Source: Minisyncoccota bacterium (GTDB lineage: Bacteria > Patescibacteriota > Minisyncoccia > Phycocordibacterales > UBA1006). Taken from it: 64,000 nucleotides of DNA. Position 1 is the first letter of the stretch. Each line of letters opens with the position of its first letter. The DNA lies in NCBI GenBank assembly GCA_021209525.1, contig JAJOIF010000001.1, positions 10,708-74,707 on the forward strand, read 5' to 3'. Of this stretch, positions 46,438 to 58,112 are shown one piece after another. The notes under the pieces were generated by a model, which saw only the letters and a list, made by a program, of their open reading frames with translations, searched no databases and was not told where the DNA came from. The position numbers and the translations under genes were made by a program.

Positions 46438-47643
46438 ATGTTATTCAAATACGAAGTTATTGATCAAAGTGGACAAAAGAGAACTGGTGAAATTGATGCC
46501 TTGGGACCCGATCTCGCGACAAGCGCTCTGCAGAGTCGCGGATTTATTGTTATCAAAATTTCCGAAGTTGGCGAAGGGTCGCTCTTGAAAAAAAACATCC
46601 CATTTTTTGACGGAGTTAAAATGAAAGATATTGTGATTATGTCACGTCAATTATCTGCACTCTTTGATGCACAAGTGTCTGCAGTGAAAGCATTTTCTTT
46701 GATGGCAGAAAGTATGGGCAATCCTACCTTGCGTCGTACTTTGCAACAAGTAACCCAAGATATTCAGGGAGGTATTTCTATATCAGCGGCAATGAGAAAA
46801 TCACCAGCAGTATTTTCTGATTTTTATGTGAATATGGTGAATGCGGGAGAAGAATCAGGAAAACTTACGGAGACATTTATTTATCTCGCTGATTATCTTG
46901 AGCGGCAATACGAATTGTCTTCAAAAACACAAAATGCATTGATTTATCCTGCATTTGTTATCTTGACCTTTATTGTGGTTATGACACTTATGTTGGTTTT
47001 GGTAATTCCAAACTTGTCCGCGATTATCCTCGAAGCAGGACAACAAATTCCATTTTATACACAAGTAGTTATTAGCGTCAGTGATTTCTTTGTGAATTAT
47101 GGATTCATTGTGCTTATTCTTGCGATTATTGGTGGATTTTTTGTGTGGCGCATGAGTCAAAGTGAAAGCGGGCAATATCGTCTCGATATGCTCAAGGTGC
47201 GTGTGCCATATATTGGAGATCTCTTTTCTAAATTATATCTCTCACGCATTGCGGACAATATGAATACTATGCTCTCTGCAGGAATTCCTGTGGTGCGCAG
47301 TCTCGAAATTACAGGAAATGTCGTAGGGAACAAAGTATATCAAGCAGTTATGCATGATGCTCTCGAAGATGTAAAAGCAGGTACCGCTATTTCTGATTCT
47401 ATGAAAAAGCATCCAGAAATTCCAGCAATTATGGTGCAAATGATTCAAGTCGGCGAGGAAACAGGGTCTCTCGGATCTATTCTCGAGACACTTGCTCGTT
47501 TTTACAAGCGAGAAGTAGACGGCGCTGTAGATACATTGATTGGTCTCATTGAGCCAATTCTCATTGTATTCTTGGGGCTCGGTGTTGGATTCTTGCTTAC
47601 CTCTATTTTGGTGCCGATTTACAATATTGCATCATCTCTATAA
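46438..47643 (+). CDS. pilC: Type IV pilus platform protein PilC (GspF family)
   Basis: Two GspF repeats and 3 TM segments. Confidence 0.85.
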   Translation: MLFKYEVIDQSGQKRTGEIDALGPDLATSALQSRGFIVIKISEVGEGSLLKKNIPFFDGVKMKDIVIMSRQLSALFDAQVSAVKAFSLMAESMGNPTLRRTLQQVTQDIQGGISISAAMRKSPAVFSDFYVNMVNAGEESGKLTETFIYLADYLERQYELSSKTQNALIYPAFVILTFIVVMTLMLVLVIPNLSAIILEAGQQIPFYTQVVISVSDFFVNYGFIVLILAIIGGFFVWRMSQSESGQYRLDMLKVRVPYIGDLFSKLYLSRIADNMNTMLSAGIPVVRSLEITGNVVGNKVYQAVMHDALEDVKAGTAISDSMKKHPEIPAIMVQMIQVGEETGSLGSILETLARFYKREVDGAVDTLIGLIEPILIVFLGLGVGFLLTSILVPIYNIASSL

Positions 47644-47739
47644 GTTTAAAAGAGTGCACATATGTGCATAGATACTTGTGCTCTTTTCAATGGGTGTGGT
47701 ACAATATACATACCTTATTAGATATTTTTACATCATATT

Positions 47740-48156
47740 ATGAAACACAATCAACAATCAGGATTTACCCTCATCGAGCTTTTGGTGGTGGTTGCTATTA
47801 TTGGAATTCTCTCAAGTATTGTTCTTGCAGCTCTCGGTTCAGCGCGTCAGCGTGCGCGTATGACTGCAGCACAATCAACGCTTTCTCAAGTTCGCGCACA
47901 AGCAGAACTTGACGGTGACTTTTCTGCTGTTTGTTCAGGTAGTGAATCAGCGCAACTTATTCAAGACGCAATTCGTCAAGGGTGGGGAACAGGCTCTACT
48001 GTAACAGCTACTTGTCTCCCTTCGGCTTCTGGATATGCCGTATCTCTTCCTATTGAAATGCCTGGGCAAACAAGTTTCTGTGTAGACTCTTCTGGATTTG
48101 CAGGTCCTGGTACTGCGACCGCTGGCTCAGGAACCAATCCCCCATCTTGCCAATAA
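47740..48156 (+). CDS. pilA: Type IV major pilin (prepilin with class III signal)
   Basis: MKHNQQSGFTLIELLVVVAIIGIL with the G|FTLIE cleavage and methylation motif. Followed by a strong terminator. Confidence 0.85.
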   Translation: MKHNQQSGFTLIELLVVVAIIGILSSIVLAALGSARQRARMTAAQSTLSQVRAQAELDGDFSAVCSGSESAQLIQDAIRQGWGTGSTVTATCLPSASGYAVSLPIEMPGQTSFCVDSSGFAGPGTATAGSGTNPPSCQ

Positions 48157-48176
48157 TTATTTAATTATTCCTCCTC

Positions 48177-48208
48177 AAAAAAACCCATCACGGGTTTTTT
48201 TGTTTCTT
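48177..48208. terminator. Rho-independent terminator after the major pilin gene
   Basis: AAAAAAACCCATCACGGGTTTTTTTG. Confidence 0.65.
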
Positions 48209-48230
48209 GTATTTGTGATATACTAATTTT

Positions 48231-48743
48231 ATGCAATTTTCATCTCAAAAAGGTTTTACCGTTCTTGAATTTTTGGTCGTGCTTTTTATTATGACAATAC
48301 TCCTCAGTATTGTCCTCGTCAGTTTCAGCGCCGCGCGTAATAGAGCGCGTGATGACTTGCGTATTTCAGGTGTGCAGAATATTGCCCTTGCTCTCGAGCA
48401 ATATTATGCAGTATGTCGTAATTATCCTCCTCGTCTTCATTTACAAGATCTGCAACCATGTCGTACCAATTCTAATGGCCAACAATTAGGTGCTTTTTTG
48501 TCGATGTTGCCTCCACTTCCTGATGACGAGGAATATCGCTACGCTGCATTTTCATTAGATATGCCACCTGGGATTGTTTTGCATTGCACGCATTATCATC
48601 TTGGAGTGCGTCTTCAGAATGAAACACATCCTATTTTAGTAGAAAGAAGCGCTCGCAATTCAATGAGTAATCAATTGTGCCAGAACTCTCAGGCAGGATT
48701 TAATGGTGCAGATTCTGGTATGTATGATATGTACCGTCCATAA
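48231..48743 (+). CDS. Pilin-like protein (prepilin signal)
   Basis: MQFSSQKGFTVLEFLVVLFIMTILL. Confidence 0.75.
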   Translation: MQFSSQKGFTVLEFLVVLFIMTILLSIVLVSFSAARNRARDDLRISGVQNIALALEQYYAVCRNYPPRLHLQDLQPCRTNSNGQQLGAFLSMLPPLPDDEEYRYAAFSLDMPPGIVLHCTHYHLGVRLQNETHPILVERSARNSMSNQLCQNSQAGFNGADSGMYDMYRP

Positions 48744-48746
48744 TAT

Positions 48747-49580
48747 ATGATGATTTTTTTCTACAGCATGGCAGGGATATTAGGGCTTTTAGTGGGAAGC
48801 TTTTTGAATGTTGTTATTCTGCGCATGCGTACGAATCATTCACTCCTTGGACGATCCAAGTGTGTTCATTGCCATCAGCAATTGCATTGGTATATGCTCA
48901 TTCCAGTACTCAGTTATATGGCGCAGCGTGGGCGATGCTTCTTTTGCAAGAAATGTATCAGTACGCAGTATGTACTCGTTGAAATACTGACTGCCGTACT
49001 CTTTGTGGCGGTGACCTACCATTTTGCGCCGCTCGTCTATGGGGGTATAGCATATGCGCTTCTGAATATGGTGATATGGTATGTCATTACAGCTCTTTTT
49101 ATAGTGCTCTCTGTATATGATATCAAGCACATGATCGTACCTGATCGCGTAGTCATTCCTTTTGTAAGTATTGCATTTCTCTCGCTCTTTTTTGCGGTAC
49201 CTCATACATTGACATGGGGGACTGTGGCAACACTCCCGATATTTTCTCATGGTATTGCTGGGCCGATTTTGGCGCTCCCATTTTTGGCTATATGGTTTTT
49301 TTCTAAAGGGAGACTCTTTGGTTTTGGAGACATCAAGATTATTGTAGGTATAGGATGGCTCTTGGGGCTCGGGTGGGGACTCCTCGCACTCATGCTTTCG
49401 TTTTGGATTGCGGTATGTGTGATTCTCGGTATTTCTCTCATTCATATGATACGCTCACGATCATGGCGATCTTCTTTTTCTATGAAGCAGGCGATTCCAT
49501 TCGGTCCTTTTTTGGTGACTGGTGTATATACGACACTCTTTTTTGGAAATCGTATCGCATTAATTATTTTTGGGTTATAA
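48747..49580 (+). CDS. pilD: Prepilin peptidase PilD (A24 family)
   Basis: Cytoplasmic CxxC...CxxC zinc-binding motif (CVHCHQQL...CFFCKKC) and 6-8 TM segments. Confidence 0.85.
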   Translation: MMIFFYSMAGILGLLVGSFLNVVILRMRTNHSLLGRSKCVHCHQQLHWYMLIPVLSYMAQRGRCFFCKKCISTQYVLVEILTAVLFVAVTYHFAPLVYGGIAYALLNMVIWYVITALFIVLSVYDIKHMIVPDRVVIPFVSIAFLSLFFAVPHTLTWGTVATLPIFSHGIAGPILALPFLAIWFFSKGRLFGFGDIKIIVGIGWLLGLGWGLLALMLSFWIAVCVILGISLIHMIRSRSWRSSFSMKQAIPFGPFLVTGVYTTLFFGNRIALIIFGL

Positions 49581-49587
49581 TATCACT

Positions 49588-50196
49588 ATGCAAGAAAATA
49601 TTCATGACATGCATATATCAGAAACACATACCCAAGGATTTACCTTGATTGAGTTCATTGTGATTATGATTATTTTTTCTATTATGGCAAGTGTCACACT
49701 ATTTAATTTTACTGGGTTTCGTAATGAAATTGTGCTCAGTAATCTTGCTCATGATATTGCACTTACAATTCGTCAAACACAAGTAGGCGGAGCGTCTCTT
49801 TTTGATCAAACCAACAGTACCGCAGTGCTGCAAAATTATCGCGGTATACAATTCACGTGGGATCCAGCTAGTAATCAATTTAGTAATACCTTTACTATAT
49901 TTAATGACCTCAATAATAATAGAATCATTGATCCCGGAGAAATAGTTGATGAAATCACCATACAGTCTGATGACCGTATTGAAATATTTAATACAGCAGG
50001 AGGTGCATCTACGCCCATTATAAGTAGGAATGTCGGTATTTTCTTTCGTCGCCCTAATACTGAAGCGCTTATTGTGGTAGAAGGTCCACAGATGATTGTA
50101 GAAAGTATAGAGATTCGACTCACATCGCGCGCAGAATCAACTCGCTTTAAATCCATAGAAGTTCGTCGCTCTGGATATATTCATGTGGTAGAATAA
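49588..50196 (+). CDS. Pseudopilin/minor pilin
   Basis: Class III signal THTQGFTLIEFIVIMIIF. Confidence 0.7.
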   Translation: MQENIHDMHISETHTQGFTLIEFIVIMIIFSIMASVTLFNFTGFRNEIVLSNLAHDIALTIRQTQVGGASLFDQTNSTAVLQNYRGIQFTWDPASNQFSNTFTIFNDLNNNRIIDPGEIVDEITIQSDDRIEIFNTAGGASTPIISRNVGIFFRRPNTEALIVVEGPQMIVESIEIRLTSRAESTRFKSIEVRRSGYIHVVE

Positions 50197-50200
50197 ATAT

Positions 50201-50764
50201 ATGCATACTCATCGTCATCATACAGAATCAGGATTTACACTTATTGAGGTTATGGTCTCAGTGTCTATTTTTGCTATTATCGTAAGTGTGGGTATTGGCG
50301 CACTCTTTAATATGAATACATCATATACATACAGCAAGGCACAACAACGATTAATGGATCATATCAATTTTGCTATGGAGACTATGTCGCGTGAACTTCG
50401 TACAGGATTTGATTATGTGTGCGGTTCTGATGATATGACCTCATCAAGTCTTACTCCTACATCGTGTGGTGTTACAGGAAGTAATCGCATTGTATTTGCT
50501 GCCGACTTTGATCAAACAGGTTATGATATTATTGGATATCGTTTGAGTAATCAAAAACTCCAAAAAGCAAATGGTGCCGGTGCGTCTTTTTTTGATCTCT
50601 TACCCGAAGAGGTAGCCGTGGAAGAATTCATTGTGCGTGTATCAAGTGATATTGATACACAGCCTATTGTTATTGTTACTCTTGTGGGTACTACTACAGT
50701 TCGGCAGCGCACCGAAGAATTTGTATTACACACAGCCCTTACCCAGAGACAGCCTAATTTATAG
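50201..50764 (+). CDS. Pseudopilin/minor pilin
   Basis: ESGFTLIEVMVSVSIFAII. Confidence 0.7.
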   Translation: MHTHRHHTESGFTLIEVMVSVSIFAIIVSVGIGALFNMNTSYTYSKAQQRLMDHINFAMETMSRELRTGFDYVCGSDDMTSSSLTPTSCGVTGSNRIVFAADFDQTGYDIIGYRLSNQKLQKANGAGASFFDLLPEEVAVEEFIVRVSSDIDTQPIVIVTLVGTTTVRQRTEEFVLHTALTQRQPNL

Positions 50765-50772
50765 TATAGAGT

Positions 50773-51321
50773 ATGCATTATTCTCAATCACAATCAGGAT
50801 TCACGCTCATTGAAATGCTTGTCGCAGTACTCATTTTTTCATTGTCACTCGTGGCATTGATGACCATTGCGTCACGCACCATTGGAAGCAATCGCTCTGC
50901 TCAAAATGAAATTACAGCACAGTTTTTGGCTATGGAGGGCATCGAAGTTATGCGACATATTCGTGATACCAATTATGTGCGCGGGGATACTTGGGACGAG
51001 GTGCTTAATGATTGTGCTGGTCAAGATTGCTTCATCACCATAAGTAATAATCCTATTGGTTCTGGTTATTTTTATGATGTGCAGACATGTAATGGCATAT
51101 GTCCAAATATACTCTATGATCAAGTAAGTTATCGTATGAGTGCATCTTCTGGAGACATGACACCATTTATACGCACACTGTCAGTAGAATATGATAGTCG
51201 GACTGATTTTCAAGATGCGCTCATGCGTATCACCTCAGAAGTGCGCTGGCAACAAGGTCGTGTACCACGCGTCACTACTATGCACCTTATTCTTGCTGAT
51301 TGGCAAAATCCTCAACCATAA
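50773..51321 (+). CDS. Pseudopilin/minor pilin
   Basis: SQSGFTLIEMLVAVLIFSL. Confidence 0.7.
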   Translation: MHYSQSQSGFTLIEMLVAVLIFSLSLVALMTIASRTIGSNRSAQNEITAQFLAMEGIEVMRHIRDTNYVRGDTWDEVLNDCAGQDCFITISNNPIGSGYFYDVQTCNGICPNILYDQVSYRMSASSGDMTPFIRTLSVEYDSRTDFQDALMRITSEVRWQQGRVPRVTTMHLILADWQNPQP

Positions 51322-51325
51322 TTCT

Positions 51326-53883
<2,558 letters not shown>

Positions 53884-54162
53884 TCAAGAAAAAAGCACCT
53901 CATGAAATTACAGCCGAAATACGTACTTGCTCTCGTGGCATTATTCCATCTCATTGCACTTTTGTATTTTATGTTTGGATAAGAGCATGTGTTGCAATCA
54001 CCAAGTTTTCTCGATTGGTATACATACCACTAACTATGTAATACGAGAGAAGTGTCATCATATAGGGCGAATATATATGCACACACCAAGAATTATTCCA
54101 TGCAAAAACCCCTCTGCATATATACGCGAGGGGGTTTTTAATATAATCTGAGAAAAAGTGCA

Positions 54163-54435
54163 CTAAGCATCATCTGATGAATGTTCACCGAGACGCTCTC
54201 TTTTTTTAAGGAGCTTTCTTTGAAAACTAATCATTCTATGGAGATGATAGAGTGATGATTCTATGACTGGGCCTGCAAAAAATGCGGCAATACCCAAAAG
54301 GGTTTCTCCTTTATATATCACCACCCCTGCAAAAATTGAAGCAGTAATAATAAGTAGAGGAGACAATACAATATGCATATATCCAATACATATCTGGATT
54401 TTGAGCATAAAAAAGGATTTCATCATCTTGTTCAT
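54163..54435 (-). CDS. Hypothetical small membrane protein
   Basis: Two TM segments. Confidence 0.3.
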   Translation of the reverse strand: MNKMMKSFFMLKIQICIGYMHIVLSPLLIITASIFAGVVIYKGETLLGIAAFFAGPVIESSLYHLHRMISFQRKLLKKRERLGEHSSDDA

Positions 54436-54447
54436 AACTGTATGTTT

Positions 54448-54759
54448 TTAAAATGAGAGATATGCGTATATTCCAGACATCATGCCGATACCTACAATGA
54501 ATACACCTAATAGGAAGAGATCCTGTTTACGTTTTTTGCCATCAATCATAAGAGCAAAGAAAAAAGGAAGAATGCTGAGGCCTGCGCCAATAGCCGTAGG
54601 TATCAAAAATCCTCTTGCTGGACTAGCTTCACCAGCAATATGCTGGGAGGGTATGGTAATCATGAGTACGCACATGCACAAGATAACCAAGGCACCATTG
54701 GTGAGATTAAGAATAATATTACCGAAGTCAATGTTTATTTTTAACGGATTTGTTTTCAT
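54448..54759 (-). CDS. Hypothetical small membrane protein
   Basis: Three TM segments. Confidence 0.3.
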   Translation of the reverse strand: MKTNPLKINIDFGNIILNLTNGALVILCMCVLMITIPSQHIAGEASPARGFLIPTAIGAGLSILPFFFALMIDGKKRKQDLFLLGVFIVGIGMMSGIYAYLSF

Positions 54760-54864
54760 ATTGTTAAGATTTTAAAGTGAAAAGATTAAATACACTATAA
54801 TATATTTTCAATAAAAGTCAAGTTTTTTGCAAAAGATGCAAAAATCTATTATGATAGCAGTACC

Positions 54865-54940
54865 GCCGTTGTAGCTCAGTCGGTAGAGCGCATCCATGGT
54901 AAGGATGAGGTCTGCGGTTCAATCCCGCACAACGGCTCCA
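54865..54940 (+). tRNA. tRNA-Thr (anticodon GGU), CCA encoded
   Basis: GCCGTTG/CAACGGC acceptor stem, CATCC-ATGGTAA-GGATG anticodon arm, TTCAATC T-loop. Confidence 0.75.
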
Positions 54941-54949
54941 TATATACTC

Positions 54950-55022
54950 GCCACCGTAGCTCAGTTGGTAGAGCAATCCCTTCGTAAGGGAGAGGTCGGA
55001 AGTTCAAATCTTCTTGGTGGCT
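54950..55022 (+). tRNA. tRNA-Thr (anticodon CGU), no encoded CCA
   Basis: GCCACCG/TGGTGGC acceptor stem, TTCGTAA anticodon loop, TTCAAAT T-loop. It abuts the prfB start codon. Confidence 0.7.
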
Positions 55023-55023
55023 C

Positions 55024-55911
55024 ATGGACAAGGCACATATAGACCACGAAATACAATCAATAGAGACTTCTATGATGGAGCCAGATTTCTGGTCAGATAA
55101 AACGCGCGCCCAAGAAATGATTCACCGCCTCCAAGAACTCAAAGACATGAGAGACGGACTTGGAAAATATGACAAAGAATCAGCGGTGCTCAGTATTTTT
55201 GCTGGCGCTGGAGGTGATGATGCCGAAGATTTTGTGCATATGCTCATGATGATGTATACGCGCTATGCACATATGCGCAATTGGACTACTTCATGCATTA
55301 CCGCCCAAGGCACAGACCATGGAGGATATCGTTCATATGTTCTTCATATAGAGGGCAAGGGTGCCTATGGAACACTGAAAAGAGAATCAGGGGTGCATCG
55401 TCTCGTGCGTCAATCACCATTTAATGCTCAAGCAAAACGACAAACAAGTTTTGCAATGGTTGAAGTGATTCCTGATATTCCACAGCAATCATTTGCGCAT
55501 CTCGTCATTTCTCCAGATGATCTTGACATTACCTTTCAGAGGTCAGGTGGTCCTGGCGGTCAAAATGTGAACAAGAGAGAAACAGCAGTGCGTATGACGC
55601 ATATTCCTACAGGTATTTCAGTGCATGTAGATAATGAGCGCACCCAAGAGCGCAATCGCGATACAGCGCTCAGCATGATTCGGGGCAAGCTCATCAAGCT
55701 CCTCGAAGAATCTCAAAAAGAATCATTTGCAGAACTTTCCCAAATTGAAAACAAGAGTAATGAATGGGGAAGTCAGATTCGCTCATATGTACTGCATCCT
55801 TATCAAATGATCAAAGATCATCGCACTGACGTAGAAGTGCGCGATGTCAAAAAAGTGTTAGAGCATGGCGACATTCAGGAATTTATTGATATGTGGAAGG
55901 AGGGAGTGTAA
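55024..55911 (+). CDS. prfB: Peptide chain release factor 2 (short N-terminus, no programmed frameshift site)
   Basis: SPF tripeptide (VRQSPFNAQ) and GGQ motif ([11 protein letters not shown]). The protein aligns with E. coli RF2 starting near residue 45. Confidence 0.8.
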   Translation: MDKAHIDHEIQSIETSMMEPDFWSDKTRAQEMIHRLQELKDMRDGLGKYDKESAVLSIFAGAGGDDAEDFVHMLMMMYTRYAHMRNWTTSCITAQGTDHGGYRSYVLHIEGKGAYGTLKRESGVHRLVRQSPFNAQAKRQTSFAMVEVIPDIPQQSFAHLVISPDDLDITFQRSGGPGGQNVNKRETAVRMTHIPTGISVHVDNERTQERNRDTALSMIRGKLIKLLEESQKESFAELSQIENKSNEWGSQIRSYVLHPYQMIKDHRTDVEVRDVKKVLEHGDIQEFIDMWKEGV

Positions 55912-56000
55912 GATCAAGAAACAAGGCACAAACAAATCCCAAAACACAAATAACAAATTTAAAAAAATGACCATCCATATGTGATTGTTCTTTTGTATTT
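55912..56000. repeat. Partial copy of the CAAGAAACAA...ACAAATAACAA repeat family followed by a 19-bp inverted repeat
   Basis: CACAAATAACAAATTTAAAAA ... TTTTTAAATTTGTTATGTG. Confidence 0.45.
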
Positions 56001-56308
56001 TTAAATTTGTTATGTGCTTGTCCCGCTCACCCTGCTCAGCGGGGGTCAGTGGGCTGAGTGTGCTTGTATCTTGCCGCGTCAAATCACGTCTGACGTGATA
56101 AACGTGGCTAATCTTGCTTTGCCCTCCGCAGCTTCTTATCTCTCTTATTATTTACGATTTTAGGGCAAGATTGAGAATCGATAGATTATGTGAGGACTAG
56201 GATGGTATCTGAGAATGTAATTAAACTAAACCTTGCCATTCATTAATAATTATTTTCTAATCTATCCACACTGCGTATCTGTAAAAAATAAGGTATAATG
56301 TCTATTGT

Positions 56309-56992
56309 ATGATTTATTTTGATCACGTTTCAAAAGTTTTTGAAGACCGAGACATTTCTCTCGAAGATATTAATCTTTCTATATCTGCAGGAGAATTCGT
56401 TTCTATTATTGGTCCGTCAGGTGCCGGTAAAACCACATTGGTGCGCCTCATTTTGGCAGAGGTGCAACCGACCTCAGGTTCTGTGTCATTTGAATCTCAG
56501 GATTTGAGTTTACTCAGAGAATCTGATATCCCTGCACATCGTCAACGCATCGGTGTTGTTTTCCAGGATTTTCGTCTTTTGAAAATGAAGACTGTCTATG
56601 AAAATATTGCATTCGCTATGGAAGCGGCAGGCAAAACAGACGAAGAAATATTAGCCGATGTTCCTTATGTGCTCAGTCTTGTTAATCTTGACCACAAGAA
56701 AGACCGTTTTCCGCATCAATTGTCAGGCGGTGAGCGTCAGCGTCTCGCTATTGCGCGTGCCATTATCAATCAACCTGATGTGGTTATTGCTGATGAGCCA
56801 ACAGGAAATTTGGACCCAGAAAGCGCCTTTGAAGTTATTGAAATTTTGAAAAAGATTAATGATCTCGGCACCACTATCATCTTGACCACACACAATCCTG
56901 CTATTGTTGACGCACTTAAAAAGCGCGTAATCAAACTTGACCAAGGTCGCATTCAAAGCGATGAAGCACAAGGTAATTATCAGTCAGCATAA
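56309..56992 (+). CDS. ftsE: Cell division ATP-binding protein FtsE
   Basis: Walker A GPSGAGKTT, signature LSGGERQRLAIARA and Walker B VVIADEPTGNLD. Confidence 0.85.
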   Translation: MIYFDHVSKVFEDRDISLEDINLSISAGEFVSIIGPSGAGKTTLVRLILAEVQPTSGSVSFESQDLSLLRESDIPAHRQRIGVVFQDFRLLKMKTVYENIAFAMEAAGKTDEEILADVPYVLSLVNLDHKKDRFPHQLSGGERQRLAIARAIINQPDVVIADEPTGNLDPESAFEVIEILKKINDLGTTIILTTHNPAIVDALKKRVIKLDQGRIQSDEAQGNYQSA

Positions 56993-57004
56993 TTTGTATA
57001 TTAT

Positions 57005-57934
57005 ATGAGCCTAGAAACAGATTTTCGTAGAATTATTAATAATGGAATCAAAACATTCACACGCAACTCAGTAGTGTCTGCTGCGTCTATTTTGATTATG
57101 ACCGTGACACTCTTTGTTATCAGTACGGTCATTTTTTTGAATGCTATTTTGTCATTCTCTCTCAGTCAGATTCAAGACCGTGTTGATGTGAATGTATATT
57201 TCTATCCAGGAACATCAGTAGAACGTATTTTTGCATTTCAAGATGAGTTGGCACTCTTGCCAGAAATTGCATCTCTTGAATTTGTTTCCCAAGAAGACGT
57301 ACTCATTGCATTTCGCGAACGACACGCTGGCGATTTTTTGACTTTGCAAGCACTTGATGAGTTGAATACAAACCCTCTTGGTGCAGTGCTTAATATTCGC
57401 GCATTTAATGCAGGGCAATATGAAGCCATTGATGCATTTATTCAAAGTCAAACAAACTTGATTACAGGACCGCAGGCAATCATTGAAAAAGTGAACTTTA
57501 GACAAAATGAGCAAGTAATTAATCGCTTGAATACTTTGATCAGAACAACACAAAGCCTCGGTTTCTTTGTATCACTCTTCTTTATTATTATTTCAATATT
57601 GATTAGCTTTAATACGATTCGCCTCGCTATTTATAACTCACGCGAAGAAATTGGTATTATGCGTTTGGTGGGTGCTCAGAATCGCTACATTCGTGGACCT
57701 TTTGTTGTTGAGGGATTGTTGTATGGGGTTGTTTCAACAGTACTCACCGTCCTTATTTTGATTCCCGTTACCTTGTGGCTCAGTAAGGCAACAACAACAT
57801 TCTTTGGAGGACTTGATCTCTTTGCGTACTATATCAATAACCTGTTCCAAATTTTCTTGATTCTCTTGGTGGTGGGAATGCTCTTGGGTATGATTTCAAG
57901 CTTCATCGCAGTGCGCCGTTATTTGAAAGTCTAG
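57005..57934 (+). CDS. ftsX: Cell division permease FtsX
   Basis: 309 aa with 4 TM segments and a large first extracellular loop. Located directly after ftsE. Confidence 0.8.
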   Translation: MSLETDFRRIINNGIKTFTRNSVVSAASILIMTVTLFVISTVIFLNAILSFSLSQIQDRVDVNVYFYPGTSVERIFAFQDELALLPEIASLEFVSQEDVLIAFRERHAGDFLTLQALDELNTNPLGAVLNIRAFNAGQYEAIDAFIQSQTNLITGPQAIIEKVNFRQNEQVINRLNTLIRTTQSLGFFVSLFFIIISILISFNTIRLAIYNSREEIGIMRLVGAQNRYIRGPFVVEGLLYGVVSTVLTVLILIPVTLWLSKATTTFFGGLDLFAYYINNLFQIFLILLVVGMLLGMISSFIAVRRYLKV

Positions 57935-58112
57935 AGATGGTGTCATTTCTGAGTATGTAAATGAGAGACTAAAAAAGGTAAAAATATCTACATCTTCAAA
58001 AAAAGCAGCTAGTAATAAAAAACTGGCTGCTTTTTATTATCCCTATATCGTTTTTCTTACCTTTATGGTACAATACACCCATTATTTATTATTTAGTAAC
58101 ACGCACATCATT

